Origin: Octopus sinensis
Lineage: Eukaryota
DNA: 64,000 nt
Assembly: GCF_006345805.1 (NCBI RefSeq)
Contig: NC_043002.1
Coordinates: forward strand, 95,418,001-95,482,000
Reading direction: 5' to 3'
The notes under the pieces were generated by a model. That model searched no databases and was not told the origin of the DNA. It saw nothing but the letters and a program-made list of their open reading frames with translations. Both the position numbers and the translations under genes were made by a program. Shown one piece after another: positions 38,006-51,423 of the stretch (position 1 is its first letter; the number at the start of each line of letters is the position of its first letter).

Positions 38006-38831
38006 TTAAGCTAGTGGATGAATTAAGGAAGGTAAAAAAGTCATAGGAAAGCAAAACTGGATTTGAGAATTTTTTTCTGTTTAGATTTGCATCAGAATGT
38101 AAACAACAAATATTTTCCTTTGATGTAACCTGATGGTGGACAGTAATGCCACAACAATAATAACTTAGGATACAAACAGGATTTATGCATGTGTGTCTGT
38201 CATCAAACACAATGCAATTGCAAGTTAGCATCAATATATGGTGATGAGGATAACCATGTAATTTGTATGTACAGGCCTTCCATTAAAAGTGTCCAAAGCT
38301 TTACTATGAAACTACACATAGTGATGGAACCCAATAAAGATCATTTAACCCTTTTGAAACCAACCCACCTAAGATTACCCATGGTTCTATGTTACAAACT
38401 TCCTGATTTAAAGCAATTTAATTTAAAACTTTCCATTAAAAGTTCATGTTAATTTATGACTCAGTGCCGCTTCTGGATTTAGTCCCATTATGTGGTACCT
38501 TGGGTAAGTATCTTCTACTATAGCCCTAGACCAACAAAAGCCTTGAGAGCGAAGATTTTGTAGACAGAAACTGAAAGAAGCCCATTGTGTGTGTGTGTGT
38601 GTGTGTGTGCATGTGTGCATGTGTGTGTGTGTGTGTGTGCATGTGTGTGTGTGTGTGTGTGTGTGTGTTTGTGCGTGTATCATGTTAAAAGCACCCAGTA
38701 CACACTGGGAAGAGCATCCAGCCATAGAAACCATACCAGGACAATGGAGTCTGGTGTGGCCCCAGCTTTACCAGGTCTGGTCAAACCATCCAACACATAC
38801 TAGCATGGGAAATGGACATTAAATGATGATG

Positions 38832-38870
<39 letters not shown>

Positions 38871-40744
38871 TATTTCATTTATTTCTTTTACTTATTTCAG
38901 TCATTTGATTGTGGCCATGCTGGGGCACTGCCTTGAAGGGAGGCTTTTAGTCAAACAAATTGAGCTCAGGACTTATTTTTTTTAAAACCTAGTACTTATT
39001 CTATTGGTCTCTTTTGCCAAACTGCTAAGTTACAGGTATATAAACACACCAACACCAGTTTTCAAGAATGAATGGGGGACAAACACAGACACAAAGACAT
39101 ACACACATAAATATATGCATATGCATACATACATACACACACACACATATATACATATAGTTACACAATAGGAGGAATTTCAATTATACCCACGTGCTGA
39201 GTTGTAATGCAAAAAATATATATAAAATAAAAGAAGGAAAATGCACACACTTTACATAGTTTTAATGTATTTTTTAATATATTTTAAATATATTTTGTAT
39301 TGTGTTTGTCAACCGGTTTCACTTTCACTAATGATGGCGTTGAAATTATTGTAATTTCGTATTTTCTTAAGAAAATGTTAGTCCATGTTGTATATGGAAA
39401 CGATGGGCTTCTTTTAGTTTTTATCTACTAAATTCACTCACAAGGCTTTGGTCAACCTCAAGCAATAGTAGAAGACACTTGCTCAAAGTGCCATGCAATG
39501 GGACTGAACCTGGAACCATGTGGTTGGGAAGCAAACTTCTTACTGTACAGCTATGCCTGCACCTATGTGTATATCTAATGTATGTTTGTATCTATGAATG
39601 TGTGCATTTGTGTTTGTCTCCCACCACCACTTGATAACTAGAGTCGGTTTGTTTATACTCCCAAAACAGAAACCAATAGAATCAGTACTAGGGTCAATTT
39701 GTTTAACTAAACCCTTCAAGGTAGTACCACACCATGGCCACAGTTTAAAGACTGAAACAAGTACAAAAGAAGATAGACATAAAACCAGGTTAATGCAGAC
39801 AAAGTTTACCAAATTTTGCATTATTTTCCAAGTGATTAGAAATAAAGGCAGTGTAGTTTAAAAAAAAAACATGCCAATAAAAGGATTAAATGCACGTGCA
39901 TAAAACACATAACAATTTTTTTACCTTGCTTTACATGCCAGAATAAGTTAAATGACTCTTGCATATTTAGACACATTTTAGAAGTAGGCTTATTTCATCA
40001 CCCTGTCTAACACCTCCACCTGGTCCTTAGGAGTGGAATGACTTTGTGGAGTATACTCAAGTCAGGTTACCAATCTGAGAAAAATTCTTCTATTCTTCTC
40101 ATCAGTCAAAGAAGCCTTGAAATAAATTAGGGACATAGCCCTCTCTCCTCTGAGTAAAACATGTAAAGAATATTTTTAAAATGTCAGAGTAATTATTTGG
40201 ATGTCATTTTTATTTCTACTTTGTTAGCCAAGAATGGGTGAAATATATTCTAAATATATTGAGGAAATCAAAACAATGGAGTTGTCTGACCTTGCATACT
40301 AACCTCAAGGAATGAGGCTTGGTTAGTCACGTTGCTAAAAATAACAGCCAAATATGCCTTAAATCAAATCCTGGCACTCCTTTGGTTATGACAATGAGGA
40401 TTCCAGTTGATCCAATCAACAGAACAACCTGCTCATGAAATTAGCATGCAAGTGGCTGAACACTTCGCAGATACTCATATCCTTAACATAGTTTTTAGGG
40501 ATATTCAGTATGACAGCAAATGTGACAATCGAATTACAGGTACTGCTTATTTTTGCCAGCTGAGTGGACTGGAGCAATGTGAAATAAAGTGTCTTGCACC
40601 ACTGGGAATTGAATTATGGGCTCGCAATCAGGAGCCAAATACTCTAATAAGCCATGCAGCTTCACAACTAAATCCTACCTTCTTAAATATGATCACATTG
40701 GATAATGATGGTCCTAGAGGTATTATCCACCACAAGGTCCAGTT

Positions 40745-41160
40745 CTTGTTGTGGTATGATGGCTTGTGTACCTCAATGGCTCTGAGAACAATACCAGCAG
40801 AATGCAAGCTCTTGGTAGGGCCTCCCATGCTGCACAGGTCAAAGATTAGGGGCCAGATTAATATGGGCCACCTCTTCCCAGAGGTAAAAATGGGTTTGTG
40901 TACAATGAACACCTCTGGAAAAAAATTAAAAAAAAAAACAAAGTTACAGAAGCATCAATTTCAATTCAAAACCAACTGGGCCTAGGAAAGGTTGCAGGGA
41001 GGGAGATTCTCTCAGGGAAACATATGACATGATGCTGCAAGATCCAAAATGAACCTACGATGGGCAGGGGTCCAACTGGAGAGATAGCCTAGAGCTGAGG
41101 TCAGAGGAAGAAAGTTGCCAATGCCCTACACTCCATAGGCTGCAAGGAGCTTAAGTAAAA
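40745..41160 (+). mobile_element. Internally deleted RTE-like element (uninterrupted homolog of 4690-5345)
   Basis: Collinear similarity to 4700-4990 plus 5203-5345. Confidence 0.55.
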
Positions 41161-41712
41161 GTTAAAGACACCACCACCATCATCATCATCATCATCATTT
41201 AGTGTCCATTTTCCATGCTGGCATGGGTTAGGCAGTCTGACTAGAACTGGTAAGCTAATTAGCTGTTCTAAATTCCAGTCTGATTTGGCATTGTCTTTAT
41301 GGCTGAATGCCCTTCCTAATGCCAGCCATTTTAGAGAGAGTAAGGGGTGCTTTTTACATGCCACAAGCATGGGTGCTTTCATGTGTCACTGACACCAGTG
41401 CTTTTATGTGCCATTGGCGTGGGTGCTTTTCATATGCCACCGACACAGATGCCAGTTATGTGACACTGGCATTGGCCACGACTACAATTTCACTTGGCTT
41501 GATGAGTGATAGTTATCTGACCTTGGAACCTCGCGACAACAACAACATCAACAATATCAATAACAACAACAACAAACTGCAGGTTTGAAATCAGGAGTTA
41601 ATTTAAAAATTCCTAATTATTGCAAATATATAAATGCATGTTTCCCACATGTTGTCCATTGAGTATTCTATACGAACCATAAATACATTCTATCAAGTCT
41701 TGTTTCCTGCAG

Positions 41713-41788
41713 AGAGAAATCTTCCTTTGACCGGTCAACCTGGAAAATCTTTCATTGTTGCACTTAATTATCAGAACCATAAAGAGAG
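41713..41788 (+). CDS. Candidate internal exon (ERNLPLTGQPGKSFIVALNYQNHKER), gene unknown
   Basis: Good acceptor tcttgtttcctgcag, open frame, weak donor AG|gttaaa. Confidence 0.25.
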
Positions 41789-42984
41789 GTTAAAATGGAT
41801 TTTTATGACGGAATATTAATTACTACATAAAATTTAACTGCTTTGATGAATAATCCATATGCTTTGCAGCACATATTAATCCCCGGAATTAACAACGGAC
41901 ACTGCCCTAATAATACATACATTTGAAATTGCTGTGGTTCATCCACTTCTGAGCAGAAATATGAATTTTCATATCTTTTTTTTTTTTATATATATATCCC
42001 ACCTCCCTCGCTATCCCTAACATAATTACTATCGTCACCACCAATTATCTCTAAAAGCATCATCTTTGGCAGCATCTTCAATTGTTGTCCGTCTACAATT
42101 TCCAACCAACTATTGCTAGAAACTCACTGTAATTGCCAATCAGTAACATTTCCTAACCAATAACATTCTCTCCCCTAACACCATCACCAACATCCACCAA
42201 CCCACACAACTAACTACCATTTCCATTTCCAACTAATGTCAGTTACTAACTGCCCAAACCCACACAGCATCGCCAACCACCATCAGTAAAGCATTAAGCT
42301 TGTTGTCAATAAAAAATAATAAAATAAAAAACTTGATAAACAGAAACAAGCAAACAAAATGTAAAAGGAAAAACTACACATACTCACAAAATACGCATTG
42401 GAAATTGGTTCAGTCATTCATGTGAACATTTTTCTTGGACAGTTTGCTGTTAGAATAAGGTAATTAGTATTGCTGTTTTTGGTGAATTAATTAACAAAAG
42501 ATCACTTAGTAAATGATAAGCATTAGAATAATTTTAATAGTCTTAGTACATGATTGCCATCATTTTTAGTCATTCTGTGTCTCAGTGAACTCTGTCAAAA
42601 TGCATAAATGTGAAGTGTAGGCATGGCTGTGCAATTAAGACCTTTGCTTTACCACCATCAGCTTATAGGTTCAATTCTTTTGCACAGCACCTTGAGCAAG
42701 TGTCTTTTACTTTAGTCTTGGGTTGGTCAGCACCTTGTGACTGGAATGTAGTTGGCTCAAACAATGTGGAAACCTTTCATATATCATCATCATCATCTTG
42801 ACTTAATATTTTCCATGGTGGCATGGGTTGGATAGTTTACAGGAGTTAGCAAGTTAGGGGCTGCACTAATTCTAGCTGTTTACATTTCGTGATGTCCTGT
42901 GCCCATATAAGCACGTATATACATATATATGTGTATGTATGCATATATGTTTATATATTGTTCATATTATATATATATATATAT

Positions 42985-43515
42985 CATCATCGTTTAACGT
43001 CCGTTTTCCATGCTAGCATGGGTTGGACGGTTCAACCGGGGTCTGGGAAGCCAGGAGGCTGCACCAGGCTCCAGTCTGATCTGGCAGTGTTTCTACAGCT
43101 GGATGCCCTTCCTAACGCCAACCATTCCGTGAGTGTAGTGGGTGGTTTTTATGTGCTACTGGCACAGGTATCACGACTACAATTTCCATTTGATTTTTAT
43201 TTTCATGTTGATGTACTTAACTCAATAAGGCTCCTCAAGCACAGCAGGTCACCCTACAATCCAAGGTAAGCACAGCAGGCCGTTCTGCGATCAAAGGTAT
43301 TTTGGATGGGCTGGGGCTGCTATATGAAGCTGATGCAGGAAACAGTCATGAACTCACGATATTTGTTGGGTCTTCACAGTCACAGCATATCTCCAGGGAT
43401 CCCAGTCTTTCATCATTGCCTCTGTGAGGTCCAACGTTCGAAGGTCATGCTTGACCACCTCATCCCATGTCTTCCTGGGTCTGCCTCTACCCCGGATTCC
43501 TTCAACTGTTTTGGA
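42985..43515 (-). mobile_element. RTE LINE 3' end: ORF terminus, 3'UTR and (GAT)n tail
   Basis: GIRGRGRPRKTWDEVVKHDLRTLDLTEAM...; UTR matches 25755-26170. Confidence 0.85.
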
Positions 43516-43617
43516 GTGGCACATATATATATATATATATATAAATAAATATAAGAGAGTGGTCACTATGTGGCTCACTCTATATTAAATTAGTATCTAA
43601 TTCTCTCACCCTTATTA

Positions 43618-43672
<55 letters not shown>

Positions 43673-43720
43673 TTGTATATATATATAAATGTATATGATT
43701 ATATTTTAGATATTTCAATT

Positions 43721-43790
43721 AACCTGAAGATTGACTGTAACCATAACTCGAATTATTACGATTGTACAGCCATGAAACGATCGTAGTGTT
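43721..43790 (+). ncRNA. Degenerate hammerhead-like motif
   Basis: CTGAAGA 43724-43730; stem II TGACTGTA/TACAGCCA; GAA; palindrome ACGATCGT 43777-43784; A17; weak stem I. Confidence 0.45.
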
Positions 43791-44151
43791 TTACTCTTTA
43801 TCTTTTATTAAACTTTTAATACTTTTGATATATATTTAAAATAATATAAATTAATTAATTTTATGTATTGGCTTATGTTTTTCATTGTTTGATTTGCCTA
43901 ATAGTGGTTTTATCTCTAATTTAATATAATATAATATAATATATTTATATTATAAAATTGGATTTAATCCTAAATCTGATTTTTCCCTGTAAGTTTGGAT
44001 TTATTCCCTAATATTTTATTATATATTATATATATATATATTATATATTATATATATATGTTAATGCAACAGAAGCATTGTCAGTTTTATAAGGTGAGAT
44101 CTATAATAGATATAATTTTTTCTCTACGTATTTTTTGTTATATATATATAT

Positions 44152-44193
<42 letters not shown>

Positions 44194-44550
44194 TATAGAT
44201 ATATTCTTTTAAACCAAATTTATAAGAAGCAATACAAGTCAATTGTTTTTACTTTTACTTAGTATTTCAATATTTTGTGGGTTCAGGTCTGTTCCTCAGG
44301 AAATCTTTAAAGATATGTTTTTTGTGAGATGAATGTATACACACTACAGAACAGAGAAGTCAGCTCACAACACAAAATCTCAGACAATTTCCTGAAGAAG
44401 AGGTCCTATCACCAAAATATGAAATACAAACTAAAAGTATAAAACTTCAACTTGTATTGTTACTCATAACTCACATTGTTTCTACTTTTAAAAAACTAAA
44501 AGCATTTATCAATATCAGACCATGCTTTATGCAAAATCTTGTACATACAC

Positions 44551-44940
44551 AGGAGTGGCTGTGTGGTAAGTAGCTTGCTAACCAACCACATGGTTCCGGG
44601 TTCAGTCCCACTGTGTGACATCTTGGGCAAGTGTCTTCTGCTATAGCCTTGGGCCGACCAAAGCCTTGTGAGTGGATTTGGTAGACGGAAACTGAAAGAA
44701 GCCTGTCGTATATATGTATATAAGTGTGTGTGTATGTGTTTGTCCCCCCGAGCATTGCTTGACAACCGATGCTGGTGTGGTTATGTCCCCGTCACTTAGC
44801 GGTTCAGCAAAAGAGACCGATAGAATAAGTACTGGGCTTACAAAGAATAAGTCCTGGGGGGGTCGATTTGCTCGACTAAAGGCGGTGCTCCAGCATGGCC
44901 GCAGTCAAATGACTGAAACAAGTAAAAGAGTAAAAGAGTA
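44551..44940 (+). mobile_element. SINE family A, full-length young copy
   Basis: Complete head to (agagtaaa)n tail. Confidence 0.92.
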
Positions 44941-45859
44941 TACACATACATATATGTTTATATGAGAGGGAGTGAGATGAATATATTATTTTCTACTCTA
45001 AGCACAAGGCCTGAAATTTTGGTGGAGTTGGGCGCAGTCAATTATCTCTACCCCAGTATGCAACTGGTACTTAATTTATCGACACCGAAAGGATGAAAGG
45101 CAAAGTCGACCCCAGAGAGATGAGTATATTAGCATGAAATATAACAGATTGAGAAAACTAAAAAGCCATCGTTTTATGAAGGAAGTGTCTTGTCATATAT
45201 GTTCTGCACCAAATAATAAACATTCCCATATTGCTCTCATCATCAGAAAGGCAGTGAATCAGTGAAAGGCCTGTTGGAAGTCTGTAACCAACAACACGGC
45301 TATTCACCAAATATGATAAATAACTATAGATAAATAGGTCAATCTGAACAAACCAATTGACTTAAGGCTTTAACACACATCAATCATTCTTCCTTTAGTA
45401 CCCTTCAGCCTTTCTTCTTATCACCACTTATTTCAACCAACATACTCTAACACTTTTTCTGCATTTGTATTTTTTTGTATTTTGTATTTTCATTTCACTT
45501 TGAAATGACCTGGAGTGTCCGATGGTGGCCCAAATATTTTCACCCAGAAGCTATTTTAAAATTTCTTTTATATTCTTTACACCTTGACTTCGTTCATTGA
45601 ATGTAGATGCATTCTGTGCCTACAAAACTTTACATGATGTAGAGCTGAATCAACCTGTTATTTAACCTTCAGCATGCTGTAGATGCATCATGTTGTCATA
45701 TGAGTTTTCTCCCCTCTAAATGCAACACAATGCACCTGCAGCTACAGAGGAGAAAACTCATACAGTGCTATGATGAGCTTAAGCATTCTAAAGGTGAATA
45801 AACACAACTCCAACTAAATGTGTTGAGCACTACTTTCTTTTGTTTGTTCATCTACTTGC

Positions 45860-45961
<102 letters not shown>

Positions 45962-46177
45962 GATGGACTCTCCTGTTGTAGATGAGGGTTCCACAATTTC
46001 TTACTGAATAGCCTGCACAGATGCATGATGTGCCGCTCATTAGATGTCAATGTAATCACAGAGCAATGTGAAACAAGGTACTTTGCTCAAAAACATGAAG
46101 CACTGCCTGATCTGGGAATCAAGATCACAATCTTGCAATCACTAAGCCATGTGCCCTCACTTGCGTAAATATACATA

Positions 46178-47015
46178 CAAGAGGTACCCGAAAGAAATTG
46201 GTATTTTGCAATATTATTTTCTTAGCTTAGTTTTACATGTTTACACTTTTATCGCCTTCAAAGTATTCTCCATTTGAAGCAATGCATTGCCCCAGACATG
46301 TTTTCCACTATTCAATGCAGTGCTGGAACTCTTGTGAAGTGATGCCTTTTAATGCCGCTGTCATTTTTTCTTCCCCTCTTCCACATCTGCAAATTCTGTA
46401 GCACAAGCTTTTGACACCAGTGAGGACTTTCAAAAAACAGTCCAGATCAACTTCCAGCTATTCTTTCAGTTCATGACACGCATTCACTCATGATTGCTTT
46501 TGATCTTCCATGAGTAAGTGAAGCATAAATTTTGCTGTAACTCTTTTCATTTGCAATTCCTCACTTAAAACTCGTTGGCAGGATCTCCAGGACACACCAA
46601 TCATATCAACAAGTTTGTCAGTAGTTCAGTGACAGTCCTCCAAAATCAGTTCATGGATTTTCATGATGTTTTTATTCATTAGGGAGGTTGATGGTCATCC
46701 TGAACAAGGTTGGTCCTCAAGCAACAAGTGTCTATTCCTAAAGCATGAAAACCACTTGTAAACTTGTGTTTGCTCATAGCAGTGGCCTTCAAAGCTGCTT
46801 GAAGCATGACAGCTGTTTCAGCTGCTGTTTCTCCAAGCAGAAAACAGAATTTCATGAAGCATGATGAACAAGGGAGAAGCAAAGATGCACCATGTGGCAG
46901 TATAACCTCAATGGACAATGTCAGTCAGCAGACTGTGGCTTCTAATGGTGAAAGCCTGATATACAATGGGCTTGTCCCACAGAGAATGTTTCCTGTTAAT
47001 TTTGGGTATTCAACA
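46178..47015 (-). pseudogene. Internally deleted mariner element
   Basis: TA|CAAGAGGTACCCGAAAG terminus; ...GVSWRSCQRVLSEELQMKRVTAKF...LKVLTG joined directly to FADVEE...CIASNGEYFEG. Confidence 0.85.
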
Positions 47016-47957
47016 TTTTAGATTCATTTCTTCATTTTGATACAAGTTAGACAAGTTGTTACATTAGTGTTAATGAAACTTTATTCTCACAAGGGGCAAA
47101 GAAGTGAACTTAGAAATTTTCAGTCAACCACAAATTCTATTATGCAGAGTGGGTAACTCGGCTGAAACTAGATGTTGCAAATCATAAAATTTGAGTTTCA
47201 AAATAACAAAAAACATACTTGTATACCTGCGTGCATGTTTTTGGTATTTTGTTTTTTTTTTGTTTTTTTTTAAGATCAGACTTCAAAATTTACAACTTAC
47301 TAGTTTTAACTTTCTAGCCTTCAGGCAAATGTGAAAATGGAACAGAACAGGCATTCTATATATCAAATAATTGAAAAAAAACTTAAAGTTTCAAAAATAT
47401 GTAGAATCCCATTTGGATAAAACTGCACGCCAGTTTTTTGAAGAAGGATGAAAAAATGACTGTGATGAGAAAAGAGGACAGAATTAAAAAAAAAAAAAAG
47501 AAAATACTGAAATTAATAATGACAGAAGAAAATAAGGATGAAAATCAATAAATAATTAGCTAAATAAAAAATAAACTAAAACTAAAGTCTACTGTCCTTA
47601 TAAATAAAGTGTGTAAAGCTGTTGTGTTATATACAGTTATACAAAGATTTCTGCAATACTTTAATTCTCTTAAAGAAATCCATGTCTATAAAAAAACTGG
47701 AGAAGAACTGAAGACAAACCAAACTATTGCATAGTATTCAAAATAGTTATCAACTCAACTTGCACCAAGTCCATTTTCAACAATTTCATAAATGAAAGCA
47801 TTCTACCAAATGTGTGTGCATGTGCATGTGTGTGTGTGTGTGTGTATTTGTATGTGCATACATGTGTGTGTGTGTGTGTGTGTGTGCATGTGTGTGTGTG
47901 TGTTTATGTATTTGTTTTGAAAGATTCTTGGTATGAAATCGTGTTCAAACAGATATT

Positions 47958-48343
47958 AATTATACTTGGTGATTGTTGTATTTTGCTAATGAAATACATG
48001 CACTTTGTATTTGGTCTTTGTTTCAGGTTTATTATTATTTTTGTAGTTTCTTTTCTCAAAGCTCTTTCATCACACATCCTGTAGCCTCTTCAGTGATTCT
48101 TTTTCCCCACATGTCTCCCCTTGCTCTGACTATTTCATTTTGTCTTTCTGTGGTGTGTACCCCTATCTGGAAATGTGTTTGTGCTTGACAGGCATGTGAA
48201 ATGAAGAGTTCCTGAAGAGGATTTGCAATGAAATAGCTTTGACAAAGAAACGAAAATAATAATGATAATAATAATAAAAGTTGAAGTGAAGACCAAATAC
48301 ATAGTGCATGTGCTTAATTGGCAAAATATGACCATCTCCAAGT
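47958..48343. mobile_element. Inverted pair of a short repeat family carrying decayed HHR motifs
   Basis: ~47958-48130 is the diverged reverse complement of ~48170-48343; HHR relics at 48056-48096 (-) and 48209-48242 (+); third member at 62170-62400. Confidence 0.65.
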
Positions 48344-48345
48344 AT

Positions 48346-48381
<36 letters not shown>

Positions 48382-48907
48382 GTGTGTGTATATATATATA
48401 TATATATGTGTGTGTATATATATACACATCTACATGTATGTGTTTGTATGTATATATATATATTTACACACATATATATATACATATATAACAAAGTAAG
48501 ATAGGGGTTATGTGTGTAACCCTCTATGGGATAGCATTTATCCAATATGCCTACAACTTCAGTATGTTGACAACTATAGGCAATGAAAGTAAAATTATCT
48601 ACTTTTAGCCATAGGCTGAAACAGCTGTAAGAAGTGATTATAATGATTTCATTAATTTATATAATGAATTTTTTAATTTGTATTCTTATCTTATATCTTA
48701 TATGTATTGAATTATAGGATATATTTGTATGCTATTGATGTTCTCATTTTGTTAAATGAATAAATAATCCAACATTATAATATCCGAAAGGTGATGAACA
48801 AACTAAATTTGTTTCTCCATTTTCTTATTTGTATTATATACATATATAATATATATGTGTGTGTATGTGTGTATATATAATATATAAATGTGTGTGTGAG
48901 TATATGT

Positions 48908-48962
<55 letters not shown>

Positions 48963-49227
48963 CACATCTATATGTACATACATATATATATACATATATA
49001 GAGAATATAAGGGGTTATAATCTAAGCAGTGTTCTCACAAAGCAAATCTGTATGTTTGTATTAATCTAATGTACATACATAGATCTTTTTTCTAAATGTG
49101 ATATACATAGTGATTGAAATATTGGGTGAATTCAGTTTACAGAGTAATTAAATATTAAAACAGAAGACTGGAAAAAATATATCAAAATAAACATAGGCAT
49201 ATACCAAATTTTCCAGTCTTCTGTCTT

Positions 49228-49283
<56 letters not shown>

Positions 49284-49316
49284 AGAGGGAGAGAGAGAGA
49301 CGGAGAGAGAGAGAGA

Positions 49317-49357
<41 letters not shown>

Positions 49358-49423
49358 GAGTAGACAAATGAAAGAAGGGCACTCAACACATTTATTGGGA
49401 TTTACATGTATAGATCAAAAATA

Positions 49424-50265
49424 GTTTGATTCAGACGCCTTGGTCTGCTGAGTTTCAAGCGTGTAGCTAGTCTTTGGTGACTGAGATCTGAATGAGAGTT
49501 CCATTAAAGAGAGTCAATATTTATTACTGGATGTTAGCCTGCAATTGGTTGAGAAAGGTCATGTGGTATAGCGGTTTGATGTCAGTATTTCAGTGACAAA
49601 AATTAGTAGATAAATGCTACATGGTAAACAGGAAATCGACTGCATGGTGAACAGGAAATCAACCATGTAGTGGACAAGAAATCAGTTGTGTGGTTGGGGG
49701 GGGGGGAAGTGCATGTGTGTGTGTATGTATATATGTGCACCCGTGTGAGCATGTGTGCCTTTATGATTTTGTGTCTGTCTGTGTGTATATATGTGTGCTT
49801 TTGTGTGTCTGTTTCTGTATCTGTGTGTGTGTGTGTGTGTCTGTATCTGTGTGTGTGTGTGCCTGCATGCATGGATGTGTGAATTTACATCTAAGCACAC
49901 ATACTCATTCATATAAATATGGGTGTATACACACAGATACATGGGTATATACATGTACATATATGCATATATATACCCCCACATCTACACCCTCTTCCTA
50001 ATTTTCCCCAACCACACAACCAATTTCTTGTCCACCATGCGGTCAATTTCCTGTTAACCATGCAGTTGATTTCCTGTTTACCATGTGGTATTTTCTAACA
50101 AATTGTTGTTGTTGAAATACTGGCATCAAACTGCTATAACATGTGACCTTTCTCAACCTATCGCAGGCTAACGTCCAATAATAAACATTGATTCTCTTCA
50201 ATCAAATTCTCATTCAGACTAGCCACACGCTTGAAACTCAGAGTACCAAGGAGTCTGGATCAAAC
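49424..50265. repeat. Long inverted repeat (~270-bp arms, ~300-bp microsatellite-rich spacer)
   Basis: 49424-49698 is the diverged reverse complement of 50005-50265. Confidence 0.85.
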
Positions 50266-50269
50266 GTCT

Positions 50270-50361
50270 TTGTCAAACCGCTAAGTTACAGGAACATAAA
50301 CGCACCAGCATCGGTTGTCAAGCGATGTTGGGGGGACAATCAAAGACACACAAACATACAT

Positions 50362-50399
<38 letters not shown>

Positions 50400-50560
50400 G
50401 ACAGGCTTCTTTCAGTTTCCATCTACCAAATCCACTCTTTAGGCTTTGGTCAGCCTGAGGTTATAGTAGAAGACACTTGCGGAAGGTGCCACGCAGTGGG
50501 ACTGAACCCGGAACCATGTGGTTGGTAAGCAAGATTCTTACCACACAGCCACTCAAGCAC
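50270..50560 (-). mobile_element. SINE family A, partial
   Basis: Reverse complement of the family-A head and body. Confidence 0.85.
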
Positions 50561-50567
50561 CTATATA

Positions 50568-50616
<49 letters not shown>

Positions 50617-50620
<4 letters not shown>

Positions 50621-50850
50621 AATCCAAACGGGAAAACAGAAAAAACAACAACACGTGGAACAATTACAGTATTATTATTAATAGGCGCTCAGGAAAGATG
50701 GAAGCAGGAAGGTATGACGTTTCGAGCGGAGCTCTTCGTCGGAAACATAAAGAAGGAAGAGAGAGGAAAGAAAGTTTACGATAACAAGAGCAAAGTAGGT
50801 TTTTAAAGCCAAAAGAGTGGAGACAGGGTTGGTAACGCAACAGATGTGTG
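50617..50850 (-). mobile_element. HHR-bearing short element (relative of 14055-14280)
   Basis: Shared ttaatccaaac end, gcgctcaggaaag motif and HHR; sits in (TA)n. Confidence 0.6.
50712..50746 (-). ncRNA. Minimal type-I hammerhead motif with a U4-to-C core change
   Basis: GTTT-CCGACGA-A-GAGC-TCC-GCTC-GAA-ACGT-C-ATAC on minus. Confidence 0.6.
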
Positions 50851-51423
50851 TGTATGTGTGAGTGTGTGCATGTGCGTGTGTGTATGTGTGTGTGAGGCGA
50901 GATAAAAAAAACAAAAAAAACAAAAAAAAAATATATGTATATGTTAGTGTGTGCGTCTGTGTGTAGGCGTGTGAGGTAGGGCGAACAGTAGTAGGCATAG
51001 CAGACAGTGGTCAGTAATATATATATATACATATACACATATGTATATACATATATGTATGTATGTGTATACATATATACACATACATATATATACCTAC
51101 ATATATACATACATATATATATATACACATACATGCATACATACATATGTATATTCATACATACATACACATGCATGCATGCATACATACATATATACAT
51201 ACATACATACATACATACATATTGAAAGAATGAGAGAGCAAACTGATGTGGATTCTCCAAAATCAATCCATTAGCATCACAGTGAAGATTTGTAAGACAT
51301 TCCAATGATTCTCCATCTGATATTCTTTAGGTGAAAAGATGCACACAATTGGGTGTATGCATTGACAGCTCAAACAGCACACAAACTCAACCACATGTTT
51401 AAAACTGCAGGGAACCTTCTAAA

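Noticed and set aside
40407-40985. 192-aa plus-strand ORF
   Set aside because: Chance read-through across adjacent decayed SINE-B, SINE-D and RTE-like fragments
42388-42445. Minus-strand exon-like segment with GTGAGT donor
   Set aside because: All three frames contain stops; at best a non-coding exon
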